Positions 33,901 through 38,910 of a stretch of 38,910 nucleotides of DNA are shown piece after piece (within the stretch, counting starts at the first letter, position 1; every line of letters starts with the position of its first letter). The DNA is from Malacoraja senta. Taxonomy: Eukaryota. Location of the stretch: positions 1 through 38,910 of the forward strand of contig JAXLNO010000671.1 in assembly GCA_038087875.1 (NCBI GenBank), in the 5' to 3' direction. Made by a program: the position numbers and the translations under genes. The notes under the pieces are model-generated. The model worked only from the letters and a program-made list of their open reading frames with translations. It did no database searches and was not told where the DNA came from.

Positions 33901-36900
33901 ACTTGAAATGGATTGATTTGACTTGTTGACTTGAAATGGATTGACATGACTTGACATGACTTGACTTGACTTGAAATTGATTAATTTGACTTGACGAAAT
34001 GGATTGACTTGACTTGACTTGAAATGGATTGATTTGACTTGACTTGACTTGAAATGGATTGATTTGAGTTGACTTGAAATGGATTGACTTGACTTGAAAT
34101 TATTGACTTGACTTGACTTGATTTGAAATAGATTGACGACTTGAAATGGATTGACCTGACTTCACTTGACATGAAATGGATTGACTTGACTTGAAATGGA
34201 TTGACTTGCATTGACTTGAAAAGGATTGACTTGACTTGACTTTGAAATGGATTGACTTGACTTCACTTGACTTGACTTGAAATGGATTGACTTGACTTGC
34301 AATGGATTGACTTCACTTGACATGACTTGACCTGAAATGGATTGACTTGACTTGAAATGGATTGACTTGACTTGAAATGGATTGACTTAACTTGACTTGA
34401 AATGGATTGACTTAACTTGACTTGAAATGGATTCACTTGCATTGATTTGAAAGGATTGACTTGAAATGGGTAGACTTTACTTGACTTGAAATGGATTGAC
34501 TTGACCTGGCTTGAAATGGATTGACTTGACTTGACTTGTTGAAATGGATTGACTTGAATTGAAATGGATTGACGTGACTTGACTTGAAATGGATTGACTT
34601 GACTTGACTTGAATTTATTGACTTGACTTGACTTGAAATGGATTGACTTGACTTGACTTGACTTGAAATGGATTGACTTCACTTGACTTGAAAAGGATTG
34701 ACTTGACTTGACTTGAAATGGATTGACTTCACTTGACTTGAAAAGGATTGACTTGACTTGAATTGAAATGGATTCACTTCACTTGACTTGAAAAGGATTG
34801 ACTTGACTTGACTTGAAATGGATTGACTTGACTTGACTTGACTTGAAATGGATTGACTTGACTTGCAATGGATTGACTTGACTTGACATGACTTGACTTG
34901 AAATGGATTGACTGGACTTGAATTGAAATGGATTGACTTCACTTGACTTGAAAAGGATTGACTTGACTTGACTTGAAATGGATTGACTTGACTTGACTTG
35001 AAATGGATTGACTTGACTTGCAATGGATTGACTTGACTTGACATGACTTGACTTGAAATGGATTGACTGGACTTGACTTTAAATGGATTGACTTGACTTG
35101 ACTTGAATTTATTGACTTGACTTGACTTGAAATGGATTGACTTGTCTTGAAATGGATTGACTTAACTTGTCTTGAGTTGAAATGGATTGACTTGACTTGA
35201 AATAGATTGACCTGACTTGAAAGGATTGACTTGAAATGGATAGACTTTACTTTACCTGAAATGGATTGACTTGACTTGACTTGACACGGATTGACTTGCA
35301 ATGACTTGAAAGGATTGAATTGAAATGGATAGACTTTTCTTGACTTGAAATGGATTGACTTGACCTGACTTGAAATGGATTGACTTGACTTGACTTGTTG
35401 AAATGGATTGACTTGAATTGAATTGGATTGACGTGACTTGACTTGAAAATGATTTACTTGAAATGGATTGAGTTGACTTAAAATGGTTTGACTTGTCTTG
35501 ACTTGAAATGGATTGACTTGACATGAAATGGATTGACTTGACTTGACTTGAAATGGAATGACTTGAAATTGATTGACTTGACTTGAAATGGATTGACTTG
35601 ACTTGACTTAAAATGCATTGACTTGACTTGACTTTAAATGGAATGAATTGAAATGGATTGACTTGACTTGAAATGGATTGACTTGACTTGACTTGACCTG
35701 ATCTGACCTGACTCGACTAGACTTGACATGGATTGACTTGACTTGACATGGATTGACTTGACTTGACTTGAAATGGATTGACTTGACTTGACTTGAAATT
35801 GATTGACTTAACCTGACTTGAAATGGATTGACATGACTTGACATGGATTGAATTGACTTGACTTGAAACAGATTGACCTGACTTGACTTGAAATTGATTG
35901 ACTTGCATTGACTTGAAAAGGATTGACTTGACTTGAAATGGATTGACTTGACCTGACTTGAAATGGATTTAATTGAAATAGATTGAGTTGACTTGAAATG
36001 GATTGACGTGACTTGACTTGAAATGGATTTAATTGAAATGGATTGACGTGACTTGAAATGGATTGGTGTGACTTGAAATGGATTGGTGTGACTTGAAATG
36101 GATTGGTGTGACTTGAAATGGATTGACGTGACTTGAAATGGATTGACGTGACTTGAAATGGATCGACTTGACTTGAAATGGATTGACGTGACTTGACTTG
36201 AAATGGATTGACGTGACTTGACTTGAAATGGATTGACTTGACTTGAAATGGATAGACTTGACTTGACTTGAAATGGATAGACTTGACTTGATTTGAAATG
36301 GATTGACTTGACTTGACTTGAAATGGATTGACTTGACTTGAAATGGATTGACTTGACTTGAAATGGATTGAATTGAATTGACGTGAAATGGATTGACTTG
36401 AGATGGATTGACTTGACTTGGATTGACTTGACTTGACTTGAAATGGATTGACTTTACTTGAAATGGATCGAGTTGAAATGGATTTACGTGACTTGACTTG
36501 AAATGGAATGACTTGACGACTGAAATGGACTTGTTTGATTTGAAATGGATTGACTTGACTTGAAATGGATTGACTTGACGTGTTGAAGTGGATTGACTTG
36601 ACTTGAAATGGATTGACTTTACTTGAAATGGATCGACTTTAAATGGATTTACTTGACTTGACTTGAAATGGAATGACTTGACGACTGAAATGGACTTGTT
36701 TGATTTGAAATGGATTGACTTGACTTGAAATGGATTGACGTGACTTGACTTGAAATGGATTTACTTGAAATGGATTGAGTTGACTTGAAATGGATTGACT
36801 TGACTTGACTTGAAATGGATTGACTTGACTTGACTTGACTTAAAATGGATTGACGACTTGAAATGGATTGACTTGACTTGACTTTAAATGGAATGACGTG

Positions 36901-37152
36901 AAATGTATTGAATTGACTTCACTTGAAATGGCTTGACTTGACTTGATTGAAATGGATTGACTTGATTGACTTGAAATGGATTGACGATTTGAAATGGATT
37001 GACTTGGCTTGACTTAAAATGGATTGACTTGACTTGAAATGGATTGACTTGAATTGACTTGACTTGAAATGCATTGACTTGACTTGACTTTAAATGGAAT
37101 GACTTTAAATGGAATGACTTGAAATGGATTGACTTGAAATGGGTTGACTTGA
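33901..37152. repeat. Pentamer-mosaic satellite (GACTT/GAAAT/GGATT), more diverged block, ~3.25 kb
   Basis: Same units with GACGT, GACAT, GAATT, CACTT and GGTGT variants. Confidence 0.97.
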
Positions 37153-38910
37153 CATAGAAACATAGAAACAGAAAATAGGTGCAGGAGTAGGCCATTCGGC
37201 CCTTCGAGCCTGCACCGCCATTCAATATGATCATGGCTGATAATCCAACTCAGTATCCTGTACCTGCCTTCTCTCCATGCCCCCTGATCCCTTTAGCCAC
37301 AAGGGCCACATCTAACTCCCTGTTAAATATAGCCAATGAACTGGCCTCAACTACCTTCTGTGGCAGAGAATTCCACAGATTCACCACTCTCTGTGTGAAA
37401 AATGATTTTCTCATCTCGGTCCTAAAATACTTCCCCCTTATCCTTAAACTGTGACCCCTTGTTCTGGACTTCCCCAACATCGGGAACAACCTTCCTGCAT
37501 CTAGCCTGTCCAACCCCTTAAGAATCTTGTAAGTTTCTATAAGAACCCCCTCAATCTTCTAAATTCTAGCGAGTACAAGCCGAGTCTATCCAGTCTTTCT
37601 TCATATGAAAGTCCTGCCATCCCAGGAATCAGTCTGGTGAACCTTCTCTGTACTCCCTCTATGGCAAGAATGTCTTTCCTCAGATTAGGAGACCAAAACT
37701 GTACGCAATACTCCAGGTGTGGCCTCACCAAGACCCTGTACAACTGCAGTAGAACCTCCCTGCTCTTATACTCAAATCCTTTTGCTATGAATGCTAACAT
37801 ACCATTCGCTTTCTTCACTGCCTGCTGCACCTGCATGCCTACTTTCAATGACTGGTGTACCATGACACCCAGGTCTCGTTGCATCTCCCCTTTTCCTAAT
37901 CGGCCACCATTTAGATAATAGTCTACTTTCCTGTTTTTGCCACCAAAGTGGATAACCTCACATTTATCCACATTATACTGCATCTGCCATGCATTTGCCC
38001 ACTCACCCAGCCTATCCTAGTCACCTTGCAGCCTCCTAGCATCCTCCTCACAGCTAACACTGCCCCCCAGCTTCGTGTCATCCGCAAACTTGGAGATGTT
38101 GCATTCAATTCCTCGTCCAAATCATTAGTATATATTGTAAATAACTGGGGTCCCAGCACTGAGCCTTGCGGTAGCCCACTAGTCACTGCCTGCCATTCTG
38201 AAAAGGACCCGTTTACTCCTACTCTTTGCTTCCTGTTTGCCAGCCAGTTCTCTATGCACATCAATACTGAACCCCCAATACCGTGTGCTTTAAGTTTGTA
38301 TACTAATCTCTTATGTGGGACCTTGTCGAAAGCCTTCTGAAAGTCCAGATATAACACATCCACTGGTTCTCCCTTATCCACTCTACTAGTTACATCCTCG
38401 AAAAATTCTATAAGATTCGTCAGACATGATTTACCTTTCGTAAATCCATGCTGACTTTGTCCAATGATTTCACCACTTTCCAAATGCGCTGCTATCCCAT
38501 CTTTAATAACTGACTCTTGCAATTTCTCCACTACCGATGTTAGACTAACTGGTCTGTAATTCCCCGTTTTCTCTCTCCCTCCCTTTTTAAAAAGGGCGGT
38601 TGCATTAGCTACCCTCCAATCCTCAGGAACTACTCCAGAATCTAAGGAGTTTTGAAAAATTATCACTAATGCATCCACTATTTCTGGGGCTACTTAAATA
38701 CTCTGGGATGCAGCCTATCTGGCCCTGGGGATTTATCGGCCTTTAATCCATTCAATTTACCTAAAACCACTTCCCGGCTAACCTGGATTTCACTCAGGTC
38801 CTCTATCTCATTTGACCCGCGGTCCCCTGCTATTTCCGGCAGATTATTTATGTCTTCCCTTAGTGAAGATAGAACCAAAGTAGTTATTCAATTGGTCTGC
38901 CATGTCCTTG
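37153..38910 (-). mobile_element. CR1 LINE ORF2/3' end, runs off the window
   Basis: KSPGPD, NYRPVSLTS, LDFQKAFD, GLPQGSVLG, RPHLEYCVQF; frameshifts at ~38110 and ~37545; (CATAGAAA) tail abutting the satellite. Confidence 0.96.

Noticed and set aside
28849..37234. Long S/Q/V/K-rich ORFs on the minus strand
   Set aside because: Translations of the pentamer satellite, which has few stop codons on that strand

Overview
Eukaryotic, almost entirely repeat-derived DNA. The repeat set (CR1/HER1-type LINEs, tRNA-headed V-SINE/HE1-type SINEs, Penelope-like elements) points to a cartilaginous fish, probably a skate or ray (inference). I could not confidently identify any host gene. About a dozen CR1 copies are present, three with SGNH-esterase ORF1 sequence, none intact. 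Also present are five V-SINEs, several Penelope-like (PLE) pieces with GIY-YIG remnants and hammerhead-ribozyme (HHR) cores, a Harbinger-type MITE, hAT-, Academ- and Helitron-like fragments, an L2 3' end, and a GACTT/GAAAT/GGATT pentamer satellite split by a CR1. Best leads: (1) a minus-strand, pol-less ERV-like element at ~21.4-27.3 kb with a reconstructable Gag (MGN start, CCHC knuckle), an Arg-like PBS and a possible spliced env-like leader; (2) young, TSD-flanked 130-180 bp HHR/PLE-terminus insertions, including a perfect 3x42-bp HHR tandem and a 48-bp hairpin; (3) two inverted CR1 copies sharing one frameshift that bracket the satellite. All family names come from motif recognition, not database searches.
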